From: Spirochaetaceae bacterium
GTDB taxonomy: Bacteria; Spirochaetota; Spirochaetia; DSM-2461
Assembly: GCA_965224705.1 (NCBI GenBank)
Contig: OZ245056.1
Span: 2,368,001-2,432,000 of the forward strand
DNA: 64,000 nt
Direction: 5' to 3'
A program made the position numbers and the translations under genes. Shown in pieces: positions 29,138-38,800 of the stretch. Each line of letters opens with the position of its first letter. Position 1 is the stretch's first letter. The notes under the pieces were generated by a model. The model saw only the letters and a list, made by a program, of their open reading frames with translations, was not told the DNA's origin and made no database searches.

Positions 29138-30557
29138 TGTTCTTATAAAGTGTTGGCAGTATAGTACCGACGGCCATAATTGGCCAAGATAGGAATGGAC
29201 TTACGCGCAAAGCAGGAACTCTGGAGAAGAAACTGGCCATGACTGTCATCAACTCCACCATTGTATCCAGAAAGATTATGTTGAATTCCGTGATTCTGCC
29301 AACTGGAATAAGCATGAGGACTGTTCCAGCAGCCATGGATAATGCGACAGGAGGTGTGAGAAATGCTGCCGATACAATGGCAATGGGTCGCCAGATTCCA
29401 AACGCCTTTGTAATAATTGGCATGGCAGCAGTTTGAGCACCAATACTAATTCCAATAATTCCAGCAGTATGGACAGGGATATAACGTTTGAGAATGCTGC
29501 TTAAACTCAAGCCCCCTGTCAGTATGCCGACAAGTGCCGTATAGCTTAACAGAAATGAAAGGGAGTTGACACTTCGCGGGAAGAGAATTATCTGGAAAAT
29601 GAAGGCAGTACACAGGTAGTTGAGAGGGGATGTCTGATAACCTCTGTATCTGTCTCGTGTCCACATTGTATACATGAGTACCGCCCGTACCAGTGAAGGA
29701 CGGAATCCTGCCATGAGTAGGTAGACGACTACAACCAGGAGTGATGCCATGCTTGAACCTTTCATGCCAAGAATGACCATTGTTATGCGTCTGATTGCAA
29801 CGGCAATTAATCCTACATGAAAACCTGACAGTGCCAGTAGATGCATGCACCCTGCTTCACGGAATTGCCTGATTATACGCGAGCCGGAGTCAATTCTGCG
29901 GCCAAGAATGAGTGCTGAGAGAAATGTAAAAGTATCATGGGAGGTTCTTTCCAGACCCTCACTCATCTTTCCAAGTAAGGAATGTCTCCATTTCAACAGC
30001 CGGGATCTCCATTCATTGGGAGTTATTTCATCCGAATACCAGAATAATGGTTTTTCAGTATACCCTGTCGATTGAATAATACGGCCAAATCCAATCTCCA
30101 GAGGTGACGATTGGCCAAAAACTGTCACTCGTCCTTTTGCTTCTGCGGTCAAGTTTTCCGAACTGGCTTCAAGAAGGATTGCATCGGCGGTCCAGAGGCC
30201 TTTTTTTATGAGAACGGGATCTTCAATCAGCATACATTTCACTTCCCTGACATCCTCCATCCTGATCCCATGGGTGGTTCGAATTGTCTGCAGGGGGATT
30301 CGTATCTGGGACAAACCGGAAATAATAAATCCTGACAGAACGAGTATGAGAATACTTGAAATCTCCCTCAATCGAACCTGCAGTGAGTAATGCCATCTTT
30401 CGGGATGAAACCCGACAAACAGTAAGATCAGAAGAATGAAACCAGTTCCGTAAATAATCCAGTACACAACAGAAATCCAGCCGTATGAACTGACCGCCAG
30501 GTAAACAGCACATCCAGAAGCAATCGGAGGAGGTTTTGACCATTGATGGTTTTTCAT
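29076..30557 (-). CDS. comEC: ComEC/Rec2-family competence membrane protein
   Basis: ALILG, FREAGCMHLLALSGFHVG, PSLVRAVLM, SFLLSY. Confidence 0.88.
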   Translation of the reverse strand: MKNHQWSKPPPIASGCAVYLAVSSYGWISVVYWIIYGTGFILLILLFVGFHPERWHYSLQVRLREISSILILVLSGFIISGLSQIRIPLQTIRTTHGIRMEDVREVKCMLIEDPVLIKKGLWTADAILLEASSENLTAEAKGRVTVFGQSSPLEIGFGRIIQSTGYTEKPLFWYSDEITPNEWRSRLLKWRHSLLGKMSEGLERTSHDTFTFLSALILGRRIDSGSRIIRQFREAGCMHLLALSGFHVGLIAVAIRRITMVILGMKGSSMASLLVVVVYLLMAGFRPSLVRAVLMYTMWTRDRYRGYQTSPLNYLCTAFIFQIILFPRSVNSLSFLLSYTALVGILTGGLSLSSILKRYIPVHTAGIIGISIGAQTAAMPIITKAFGIWRPIAIVSAAFLTPPVALSMAAGTVLMLIPVGRITEFNIIFLDTMVELMTVMASFFSRVPALRVSPFLSWPIMAVGTILPTLYKNNVHTVEPQLPSLNPQISQSP

Positions 30558-30629
30558 ACTATGGAAGACTGCTTCAAAACCAGTAATCGTGGTTTTCTGT
30601 GAGAAATACTTTTGAGGTGCCCTTTGCGC

Positions 30630-30917
30630 CAGGGTAATCGCATCTAATTCTATCCCAAAAGAATGAAAAACACTGATTTTTGGGGATCGAATGGAGTTTT
30701 CTTCAATAGGAGGAGTTTATCAACTTTTCGTTATCGTTGTGAGGTGAATAATTACCTTAATCACTCTGCGCTCTCTGCGTCCTCTGCGGTTAAAAAACAT
30801 GAATAAGGTATAAACCGCAGAGGACGCGGAGGTACGCAGAGCAATATGCATGAATAAAGACTGATGAATAATTACCTTGAACACTCTGTTTAGTGGATTT
30901 TAGATGCGATTGCCCTG
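30630..30917. mobile_element. ISAs1-type MITE, second copy (288 bp, inverted relative to 1248-3321)
   Basis: TIRs CAGGGTAATCGCATCTAA / TTAGATGCGATTGCCCTG; exact 10-bp duplication CCCTTTGCGC (30620-30629, 30918-30927). Subterminal sequence matches the first copy. Confidence 0.92.
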
Positions 30918-30936
30918 CCCTTTGCGCTGTCTGGAC

Positions 30937-30965
30937 TTGATTCTGGCTCCTTATCAGATTATACT
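30937..30965 (+). promoter_or_regulatory. Sigma70-type promoter
   Basis: TTGATT-17 nt-TATACT. Confidence 0.55.
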
Positions 30966-30972
30966 GAGTTCT

Positions 30973-31908
30973 GTGAATTTAAGGCGGTTAATTGAGATAT
31001 CAATCTTCATTGCCCTCTCCTGTGCTGTGGTACACGCTGATGAAGGTGTCCATCCCCTGAGTATTGAAGCTCTGCGGGAGAGGAAGTATTCAGCCGGTAC
31101 CATTACCTTCCTGAATTCAGTTCCTGCACTGGAAGGTTTGGAAGCCCGTGAGTTCCAATATGAATCCGATGGAAATACTGTGTACGGGCTTATCGAAAAA
31201 CCCATTGGAAAAGCTCCGCCGGGCGGCTGGCCTGTTATACTCCTGGCTCACGGTTACATACCGCCGAATCTTTATTCAACCACAAAAAACTATCGTCTGG
31301 TAACTCAGTATTATGCAGCAGGAGGTTTTTTCGTGGTTAAACCTGACTATCGTGGGCATGGGCGGTCTACAAACCGCAGCCGTAGTCCTGCCCGAACGGT
31401 CGATTACACGGTTGATGTAATGAATCTCATCGCCGGACTCAAAATGATCTCCGATGTCGATTCGGAAAACATCTTTCTTTATGGTCATTCCATGGGCGGC
31501 GAAATAGGTCTGAGGATCATGACCATTTCCAATGATCTTAAGGGATCCACACTCTGGGCACCGGTCACCCGAGATTTCCCGGAAAACACCCTGTACTTTC
31601 TCAGGAAACGGAATTACAAAGAAGCCGCCCAGCGACTGGAGTTAATCAACACAGAAATACCCCCTGAAGCCCATGCTTCCATAACACCAAACAACTATCT
31701 GGATTCCATTAATACACCTTTGATCATTCATCATGGGAGTGCAGACGAATCGGTTCCCTTTAATTGGAGTCAACCGTTCCGACAACGCCTCGATGCTGCA
31801 GGAGTTCCTTATACCTTTTATGAGTACCCAGGGGAAAATCATAACATTTCAAAAAGCTTTTATAAGGTAATGACTATCGATATGGAATTTTTTCGAAATC
31901 TAATGTAG
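30973..31908 (+). CDS. Secreted alpha/beta hydrolase (S9 peptidase-like)
   Basis: LAHGY, PDYRGHG, GHSMGG nucleophile elbow, HHGSADESV, YPGENH. GTG start chosen because the ORF-track start lies inside the MITE. Confidence 0.85.
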   Translation: MNLRRLIEISIFIALSCAVVHADEGVHPLSIEALRERKYSAGTITFLNSVPALEGLEAREFQYESDGNTVYGLIEKPIGKAPPGGWPVILLAHGYIPPNLYSTTKNYRLVTQYYAAGGFFVVKPDYRGHGRSTNRSRSPARTVDYTVDVMNLIAGLKMISDVDSENIFLYGHSMGGEIGLRIMTISNDLKGSTLWAPVTRDFPENTLYFLRKRNYKEAAQRLELINTEIPPEAHASITPNNYLDSINTPLIIHHGSADESVPFNWSQPFRQRLDAAGVPYTFYEYPGENHNISKSFYKVMTIDMEFFRNLM

Positions 31909-31940
31909 AGTTTTGATTCCTGTGAGTTAAAATACCTGTC

Positions 31941-32378
31941 TCAGCTGAGTCCTTCCGCATAGGTTTTGAAGCGTTCCAGACTCCTTGCTGTTTCCCTGCG
32001 AAAACTTCCTGGAAGAAGAAAACAGATGACAGCCATCAATCCCCTGCAGCGGAACTCATTAAACTGTGTCCAGCGTACACGGTCAGGTTCAATTAACTCA
32101 AAGCGGTTGACAGTCCGGTTCCACACCCCTTTTGCCTCATAGGTGAATGTCATTGTATCTGGAAGAGAACGTTCCTGCAAGGTTTCAATCATTTCCAGAC
32201 GTTTCCCATTCATGTCGTAAATAAGGCGCATTCTGGCTCCCGGAGACTTACGATCTTCATCAAGAAATTCGTAACTCAACAGACCCGGCTGCCAGTTTTT
32301 CATGCCCTCAGGGTCTTCCAGAATCTCAAGGAAGCGATCTCTGCTCATATTTATTTCTATGGATGTTTGATACTTCAT
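31941..32378 (-). CDS. SRPBCC/START-domain protein
   Basis: MKYQTSIEIN..DPEGMKNWQPGL..MIET..YEAKGVWN..FKTYAE pattern; GGAGG RBS. Confidence 0.8.
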   Translation of the reverse strand: MKYQTSIEINMSRDRFLEILEDPEGMKNWQPGLLSYEFLDEDRKSPGARMRLIYDMNGKRLEMIETLQERSLPDTMTFTYEAKGVWNRTVNRFELIEPDRVRWTQFNEFRCRGLMAVICFLLPGSFRRETARSLERFKTYAEGLS

Positions 32379-32459
32379 ACATACCTCCGATACATGGTTT
32401 TAGAGATATATTAAACGATTGGATTCAATTTGTCCTGTCCGTATCAGTGTCTTCTTCCC

Positions 32460-32531
32460 CGGTGTCAGAAAGCCTGTTAATGCAATAAAAAAACCATGTC
32501 AAACTCATATCACACAGGCTTTCTGACACTG
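32460..32531. mobile_element. 72-bp miniature derivative of the IS at 1006-4514
   Basis: CGGTGTCAGAAAGCCTGTTAATGCAA...ACAGGCTTTCTGACACTG shares both TIRs and the left subterminal sequence. Confidence 0.8.
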
Positions 32532-32630
32532 ATATTGTTTGCAAACACGACCCATTATATAAATCCACTAATCACCTGTATAGTTGTTTCCTGTTTATTG
32601 AAATTTTTTGATGAATTTATCGATATCACC

Positions 32631-32660
32631 TTGACGTATCATGTTTGCGGAATATACTAT
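32631..32660 (+). promoter_or_regulatory. Probable dcw (mraZ) promoter
   Basis: TTGACG followed by TATACT/TACTAT at 16-18 nt spacing. Confidence 0.5.
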
Positions 32661-32719
32661 CTGATGTGTAAAAAAGTATTCAGATGTGGTGAATTAATTG
32701 ATCTTTGTGGGGAGTGATC

Positions 32720-33190
32720 TTGATACTTCAAGGCCAATACAGTGTGATTATTGATGACAAAGGCCGAATGCTGCTGCCAGCCAAATTACGGCAGCAGATC
32801 CCCGGCGAAACTCTTATACTCACAAAGGGGATTCAGAAATGCCTCTGGCTTTTTCTTCCTGGGAAATGGAAGAAAATTTCTCAGGAGATTTTGAGTCAGG
32901 CATCAGTTTTTTCTCTGCGCAATCAAGATGTCATGCGCCGTATTGTTGCTCCTGCGGAGGAGATTTCGATAGATAAAACCGGACGGGTAAAATTGTCGTT
33001 ATCCCTCATGAGGGCTATCGGAATTTCAAAGGCATGCTATGTCATGGGAATGGATGAGCAGTTGGAAATATGGGATGAAACAGCTCTTAATCAGTATGAA
33101 TTGGACAAGGCTGGCGAGGTAGAACAGGTCTGGGAGGACTTCGGCATTATGGATGAGACAGAAAAAAATGAGTGTGATTCCAATTCATAA
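32720..33190 (+). CDS. mraZ: Division/cell wall cluster regulator MraZ
   Basis: IDDKGRMLLPAKLR and IDKTGRV repeats; first gene of the dcw cluster; TTG start after GGGGAG. Confidence 0.92.
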   Translation: MILQGQYSVIIDDKGRMLLPAKLRQQIPGETLILTKGIQKCLWLFLPGKWKKISQEILSQASVFSLRNQDVMRRIVAPAEEISIDKTGRVKLSLSLMRAIGISKACYVMGMDEQLEIWDETALNQYELDKAGEVEQVWEDFGIMDETEKNECDSNS

Positions 33191-34082
33191 ACCAGTTATG
33201 TCTGAGGAGGTACTCAGGCATCTCGTCCCCAGCTGCAGGAATGTCTGCATCATTGATGCCACCCTTGGAGAGGGTGGTCATGCGTCAATGTTTCTTGAGG
33301 CGTATCCAGAATCGAAGGTTGTTGGTATTGATGCTGATCCAATCATGGTTGAAAGGGCTTCCATGCGATTATCATCATATTCTCCTGATCGGTTTGAGGG
33401 CAGGGTGGGGTGGAATGATGATGTACTGGCTGACTGGAAAGGCCCTGCACCCGGCATCGTTCTGGTGGATCTGGGGGTTTCTTATTATCACTATAAGAAA
33501 AGAGGGAAGGGATTTGCGTTCACTTCATCAGAGCCCCTGGATATGCGTCTCGATGACAGTGCTGAAGTTTCGGCATCAGATCTTGTCAATAAGCTTGGAG
33601 AAGATGATCTGGCCAATCTCATCTTCAAGTATGGGGAAGAGCGTTACAGCCGTCGAATTGCCAGACGGATTGTTGCCAGACGTCAGCAGAAAAAAATAGT
33701 AGAGTCCTCTGATTTAGCAAACATTGTTTATTCTGCTGTGCCTTCCAATTACAGATACGGTCGGCTTCATCCAGCTACAAAGACATTTCAAGCTCTTCGC
33801 ATTGCTGTTAATCATGAGTTGGACAGATTAGCCCGCATTCTGGATATGGTACCTGGAATGCTTGCCTCAAAGGGGAAACTGGGTGTAATCAGCTTTCATT
33901 CCCTGGAAGATCGGATGGTTAAGCAGACCTTTCGCAGCAGAGATGTGAAATACGGTGGGGATTGTACTGTTTATACGAAGAAACCGGTCGTTCCTTCTGA
34001 GAGTGAATGTCTGGAGAATCCTTCATCAAGGAGTGCGAAGTTCAGAGTTCTGGGCAGACCTGAAGTTGGAGGGAGTCAATGA
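33168..34082 (+). CDS. rsmH: 16S rRNA m4C1402 methyltransferase
   Basis: HKPVM, DATLGEGGH, DLGVS, PLDMR, FQALRIAVN, SFHSLEDR, NPSSRSAK. Confidence 0.96.
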   Translation: MSVIPIHKPVMSEEVLRHLVPSCRNVCIIDATLGEGGHASMFLEAYPESKVVGIDADPIMVERASMRLSSYSPDRFEGRVGWNDDVLADWKGPAPGIVLVDLGVSYYHYKKRGKGFAFTSSEPLDMRLDDSAEVSASDLVNKLGEDDLANLIFKYGEERYSRRIARRIVARRQQKKIVESSDLANIVYSAVPSNYRYGRLHPATKTFQALRIAVNHELDRLARILDMVPGMLASKGKLGVISFHSLEDRMVKQTFRSRDVKYGGDCTVYTKKPVVPSESECLENPSSRSAKFRVLGRPEVGGSQ

Positions 34083-34369
34083 AACATGTTCTCGCTGCAC
34101 TGATCTTAGTGAGTATTCCGGCATTGTTGATGATGAAGGCATTGCAGTCCTATCGTTATACGGTTGCCCTTGAAGAAATAGGGGTTTATGAGGGTGCACA
34201 GGAAGAGTTGTTGGAGGAGAATAAACGATTACTGGCAGGAATAGCTGTATTCAGTGCGCCGGAAAGAGTGCATACCCTGGGGAAAGGTCCTCTGGAGCTT
34301 AATCCAGCTGATCATGAAAATGTGCTGCAGGTACAATTGCCTGAATCAATCGGAGAAAGCAGTGAATGA
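34079..34369 (+). CDS. ftsL: Cell division protein FtsL-like
   Basis: Single TM segment plus coiled coil ending PERV; position after rsmH. Confidence 0.7.
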   Translation: MKHVLAALILVSIPALLMMKALQSYRYTVALEEIGVYEGAQEELLEENKRLLAGIAVFSAPERVHTLGKGPLELNPADHENVLQVQLPESIGESSE

Positions 34370-35729
34370 ATTGCTGGATATGTTCAATGCCTCCATGCTT
34401 GCAGAGTTGACCGATGGTGAATTGCTGGGGAATCCTGATGCCGGGATTTGTCGAGCGAGAGCTGATTCTCGAATCTGCCAGACAGGTGATCTTTTTGTTG
34501 CGCTGCCAGGAAGAACGCAGGATGGCAGTCAGTTTGTCTTATCAGCATGGGAAGAGGGAGCAGAAGCTGCTCTTGTATCGAAAAGTCGAGATCTGCCTGC
34601 ACCGCCGCCGGGTAAATCATTGGTTATAGTTGATGATGCCCGGACAGCTCTTCTGAAAGCAGCCAGGGCTCGAAGAGAAGCGGCAAAGAATCTCAGGGTT
34701 GTCGGTATCACAGGGAGTAATGGGAAGACAACGACGAAGGATATCCTTGCAGCCATCATGGAGGCATGGAAGGGTTCTTCTGTTTTACACACCCAGGGTA
34801 ATTATAACTCGGATATTGGTCTTCCTCTTACTCTTTTTGATCTCCGGTCAAGACATGAATTTGCGGTTCTGGAAATGGGGATGAATCGCATTGGAGAGAT
34901 TGCACTTCTTGCGGATATTGCCCGGCCGGAAGTCGGGATTATAACAAATATCGGCCTGGCTCATGTCGGGGAAATTGGCTCTCTTGAATCTATTGCCAGT
35001 GAAAAAAAGGCAATTTTTAATTCATCCTCCTCCGTGGCTGTTGTTTCCGCAAATGAACCCTGGCGGGATTTTCTTGTTGGGAATTTTCCGGGTGAAGTGA
35101 GACTGTTTGGAAAGTGGGGGGAAAAAAACTGGATTGATTTTAAGGATGATGGAATTAAAGGGTATCGCATAAGACGGGGGAGGGGGGAGGTAAAATACCC
35201 TCTGGCCGGCAGGCATAATCTCCTTAATGCCATGGCGGCAGTGGAGGCCGCTCTTGCCCTTGGTGTGCCGGAATCTGCGATCGCATCCGGTTTGGAATCT
35301 GTAAAGCCGGCGGACAGCCGGTGTGAAATAATTGAAGGTAAATACACTGTTGTACGAGATTGTTACAATGCGAATCCTGAATCGCTGAATGCGGCACTTG
35401 AGTTCTTCAGGGGATTGAAATTGACTGGACGCCGCATTGTTATTTTAGGTGAGTTATTAGAATTAGGGAATGAAACCATACCAGCACTGAAGGTCGCTGG
35501 CAAAACTGTCGCCAGGATTGAACCCGAAGCAGTTTTTCTTTACGGGGATACTTCAATTTCAATAGAAGAATCTTTACTGGCCAGCGGCTATCAAGGTTCT
35601 CTACGGCGATATACAAATATGGGACAATTGAAATCAGATCTTCTCGGGTATAAAAAACCTGGGGATATTGTATTGATAAAAGGATCTCATGGGAATGCTC
35701 TTGAGCGTTTGTATGATGTTTTTGCATAA
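34362..35729 (+). CDS. murF: UDP-MurNAc-tripeptide--D-Ala-D-Ala ligase
   Basis: DSR, GITGSNGKTTTK, GNYNSDIGLP, LEMGMN, DCYNANPES, KGSHG. Confidence 0.94.
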   Translation: MNELLDMFNASMLAELTDGELLGNPDAGICRARADSRICQTGDLFVALPGRTQDGSQFVLSAWEEGAEAALVSKSRDLPAPPPGKSLVIVDDARTALLKAARARREAAKNLRVVGITGSNGKTTTKDILAAIMEAWKGSSVLHTQGNYNSDIGLPLTLFDLRSRHEFAVLEMGMNRIGEIALLADIARPEVGIITNIGLAHVGEIGSLESIASEKKAIFNSSSSVAVVSANEPWRDFLVGNFPGEVRLFGKWGEKNWIDFKDDGIKGYRIRRGRGEVKYPLAGRHNLLNAMAAVEAALALGVPESAIASGLESVKPADSRCEIIEGKYTVVRDCYNANPESLNAALEFFRGLKLTGRRIVILGELLELGNETIPALKVAGKTVARIEPEAVFLYGDTSISIEESLLASGYQGSLRRYTNMGQLKSDLLGYKKPGDIVLIKGSHGNALERLYDVFA

Positions 35730-35805
35730 TATTATTGACAAAGTTTTTGTTAATGAAGTATGAATAAATAATCCAACTGGAATTCATTACGCCGTTTAGG
35801 GAGGG

Positions 35806-36888
35806 GTGATGGTCAAGGCTCTGTTTTATCCATTGGTGGATATTGCCAATGCTTTCAATATCTTTCAATACATCAGTTTCCGTTCAGCTTATGCCGCTGT
35901 TACGGCGTTATTAACAGCCTTCCTCTTTGGCCCGAAAGTCATACAGTTTTTGATTCGATTTAAAATCGGTCAGGAAATACGGGCCGATGGACCTGAGGCC
36001 CACCTGTCCAAGGCTGGAACTCCCACGATGGGTGGGGCTCTTATCCTTCTTGCATTCTTAATTTCCGTTCTTTTATGGCAGGACTTATCATCCAGTTATA
36101 CATGGATAGTTATTCTCAGTGCTGTTGGATTCGGTCTGCTGGGTTTTGTCGACGATCTGTTGAAGATTACGAAAAAAAACTCAAATGGTCTGCGTGTTGG
36201 AGTGAAGTTTGTGGGGCAGATAATTGTATCACTTTTTGTGATGATTCTTCTCTACATCTTCAGGAATCCTGAAACAACAATGCTGTACGTCCCGTTTATT
36301 AAGAAGCCGATTCTGGATATGGGACTCCTGTACATCCCATTTGGTATCCTTATGATTGTCGGAGTCTCGAATGCGGTTAATTTGACTGATGGTCTGGACG
36401 GACTGGCAGTCGGACTTGTTGTCATCGCTCTTGTTGCTGTTGCCGGCCTTGCCTATCTTTCCGGCCATGCTGAATTCGCACGATATCTCATCATTCCATA
36501 TTTAGCAGGAGCAGGAGAATTGACAATATCGACCACCGCATTGCTCGGAGCCTGCGTGGGTTTCCTCTGGTTCAATGCGCATCCGGCTGAAATCATGATG
36601 GGAGATTTAGGAAGTCTCACTCTGGGCAGTCTTCTTGCCGTCTTTTCTTTGCTGCTGAAGAAAGAAATCTTGTTTCTTGTTATTGGAGGAGTGTTTGTTA
36701 TTGAAACCCTGTCAGTCGTCATCCAGGTCCTGTATTACAAAAAGACGAAAAAAAGAGTCTTTCTGATGAGCCCCCTCCACCATCATTGCGAACTTTCAGG
36801 CTGGAAAGAGAGCAAAGTCGTTACTCGTTTCTGGATCCTTGGGGGTCTGTTTGCCATCCTGGGATTGAGTACGCTGAAGATTCAGTGA
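35806..36888 (+). CDS. mraY: Phospho-N-acetylmuramoyl-pentapeptide transferase
   Basis: KAGTPTMGG, NAVNLTDGLDG, WFNAHPA, MGDLG, PLHHH. Confidence 0.97.
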   Translation: MMVKALFYPLVDIANAFNIFQYISFRSAYAAVTALLTAFLFGPKVIQFLIRFKIGQEIRADGPEAHLSKAGTPTMGGALILLAFLISVLLWQDLSSSYTWIVILSAVGFGLLGFVDDLLKITKKNSNGLRVGVKFVGQIIVSLFVMILLYIFRNPETTMLYVPFIKKPILDMGLLYIPFGILMIVGVSNAVNLTDGLDGLAVGLVVIALVAVAGLAYLSGHAEFARYLIIPYLAGAGELTISTTALLGACVGFLWFNAHPAEIMMGDLGSLTLGSLLAVFSLLLKKEILFLVIGGVFVIETLSVVIQVLYYKKTKKRVFLMSPLHHHCELSGWKESKVVTRFWILGGLFAILGLSTLKIQ

Positions 36889-36899
36889 GAGAGGATGTG

Positions 36900-38024
36900 A
36901 TGGGATTTGTCGTCTTCAGACCTGAAAAACTGGCAGGTGCAGAACCTGCGAAAGGAATGCCGGGCTTGCAATTTCTGCTTATAGGGATTGGTACAGCCTT
37001 CCTTTTTTCGGCCTCCTGGCATTTTGCGGATGCTGTTTTCGATGATCCTTTCAGGATCTGGAGGCGTCAGCTTGTATGGGTGTTTCTGGGTTCTATTGCC
37101 GGTGCCGCTGTCTATAGAATTCCTCTGGTTTACATAAAAAAATCTGTTCCCATTCTGGTGTGGATAGCTTTGCTTTTAAATCTCATGACCTATGTTCCGG
37201 GTGTTGGTTATCTTTCTGGTGGTGCCCGCCGCTGGATTGAGATTTATGGATTGACCTTTCAGCCTTCTGAACTTACCCGGGTGGTTTTGATTCTGTATCT
37301 TGCACGGATGTTGGCAAAAAATCGCGGTAAATTGATCAATTTTCGTGACGCCCTGCTGCCTCCTCTTCTGGTCGCTGCGGCTCTGGTGGCAACTGTATAT
37401 TTTCAGAATGATTTTTCAACAGTCGCTTTTTTGCTGGTGCTGACTCTGATGCTTTTTTTTATTGCCGGTGTTTCCGGAAATGTTATTGGAGTGCTTTCCA
37501 TCTCCGGAATTCTGGTCTCGATTGCTATGCTGGCTGCCAGACCGTATCGTCTGAGCCGCATCCTTTCGTGGTTGACACCTGAGGCTGATCCCGGCGGTTC
37601 GGGGTATCAAATCCTGAAAGCCAGAATGGCTCTGGAACGCGGGGGAGTTTGGGGCAAGGGTGTCGGTCAGGGGATCGTCAAACGCGGCGGTCTGCCATCC
37701 GCTCATTCGGATTTCGTTGTTGCCGTGGTTGGTGAGGAAACAGGATTTCTTGGTATTTCCCTGATCATGCTGCTGTTCGTCATACTGGCCATTAAAGGCT
37801 GGGCCATGGTCGCAAAAATTGATGATGACTTCTCCAGATGGGGAGGTTTTGGAATTGTAACGGCAATTTTCTGGCAGGCCCTTGTCAACTTTTCCGTCGT
37901 TTCAGGAGTATTGCCCGCTACGGGGATTCCCCTGCCATTGTTTTCTGCAGGAGGCTCGTCTGTCTTTATGACTCTCGTCTCTTTTGGATTGGTTTTTAAT
38001 CTGGCCAGGGGGAAGGCGCGATGA
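36900..38024 (+). CDS. ftsW: SEDS peptidoglycan glycosyltransferase FtsW
   Basis: GARRWI, QPSE, GYQ, AHSDF, GEETG, PATGIPLPLFSAGGSS. Confidence 0.92.
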   Translation: MGFVVFRPEKLAGAEPAKGMPGLQFLLIGIGTAFLFSASWHFADAVFDDPFRIWRRQLVWVFLGSIAGAAVYRIPLVYIKKSVPILVWIALLLNLMTYVPGVGYLSGGARRWIEIYGLTFQPSELTRVVLILYLARMLAKNRGKLINFRDALLPPLLVAAALVATVYFQNDFSTVAFLLVLTLMLFFIAGVSGNVIGVLSISGILVSIAMLAARPYRLSRILSWLTPEADPGGSGYQILKARMALERGGVWGKGVGQGIVKRGGLPSAHSDFVVAVVGEETGFLGISLIMLLFVILAIKGWAMVAKIDDDFSRWGGFGIVTAIFWQALVNFSVVSGVLPATGIPLPLFSAGGSSVFMTLVSFGLVFNLARGKAR

Positions 38025-38800
38025 ATATATCCAGGCGGGCAGGTCTGCGAATAATCTGTGTACTTAGTATCCTCATGCTCTCAGGATTGATCGCCGGGGA
38101 ATTTGTATGGGGTATATGGTCCAATCGCCGCCATGCAGGTGTCAGAACAATCACTCTTGACAGCGATCTGGGGCTTGCTGACAGTCAACTGCTGGAGATC
38201 CTTGATCTTGAGGGTGTCCGATGGAGTCGTGTGGATGCTGATGAACTGGAGGCCAGGCTTGAGTCGTATCCTGTGGTCAGAAAAGCCCGGGTACTCAAAG
38301 TATTCCCTGATTCCTTGAAAGTATTTCTTTACCGGCGGAAGCCGCTGGTCATTATGCTTTTCGCTGGAGATTCAGAATCTCAATCAGCCGTTTTTGATGA
38401 AGAAGGATACACGGTGAAATCTGGCGAGATTTCAGGAACTGAAGACTTGCCCATTATCTCTGGCCTGATCTTTGAGCGTCCGAAGCTGGGAGACCGGTTC
38501 CCGGAAACGGTGCAGAGAGTGCTGTTCGATTTATCCAGGCTGAGAAAGGATGATCCAGAACTGTTTTCCCTGCTGTCTGAGGTTGAAATCCTTCCTCTTG
38601 AAAGCGGAGGTTATTATCTCAAATTGTTTATGAATCACATCAGAATTCCCGTGTTGGCAGGCAGAAATCTCACCTCAGAGAGTTTAAACAAGACAGTATT
38701 GGTCCTCGACGTGTTATCGTCAGGAACCGTGGGGCAAAAAATTGAAGAGGTCGATATCCGGGGGGGAAGCGTGGTTTTTCGAAACGCAGGGGAAATTTGA
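38021..38800 (+). CDS. ftsQ: Cell division protein FtsQ/DivIB
   Basis: TM segment plus POTRA-like domain (KVFPDSL); C-terminal VDIR; between ftsW and ftsA. Confidence 0.8.
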   Translation: MNISRRAGLRIICVLSILMLSGLIAGEFVWGIWSNRRHAGVRTITLDSDLGLADSQLLEILDLEGVRWSRVDADELEARLESYPVVRKARVLKVFPDSLKVFLYRRKPLVIMLFAGDSESQSAVFDEEGYTVKSGEISGTEDLPIISGLIFERPKLGDRFPETVQRVLFDLSRLRKDDPELFSLLSEVEILPLESGGYYLKLFMNHIRIPVLAGRNLTSESLNKTVLVLDVLSSGTVGQKIEEVDIRGGSVVFRNAGEI

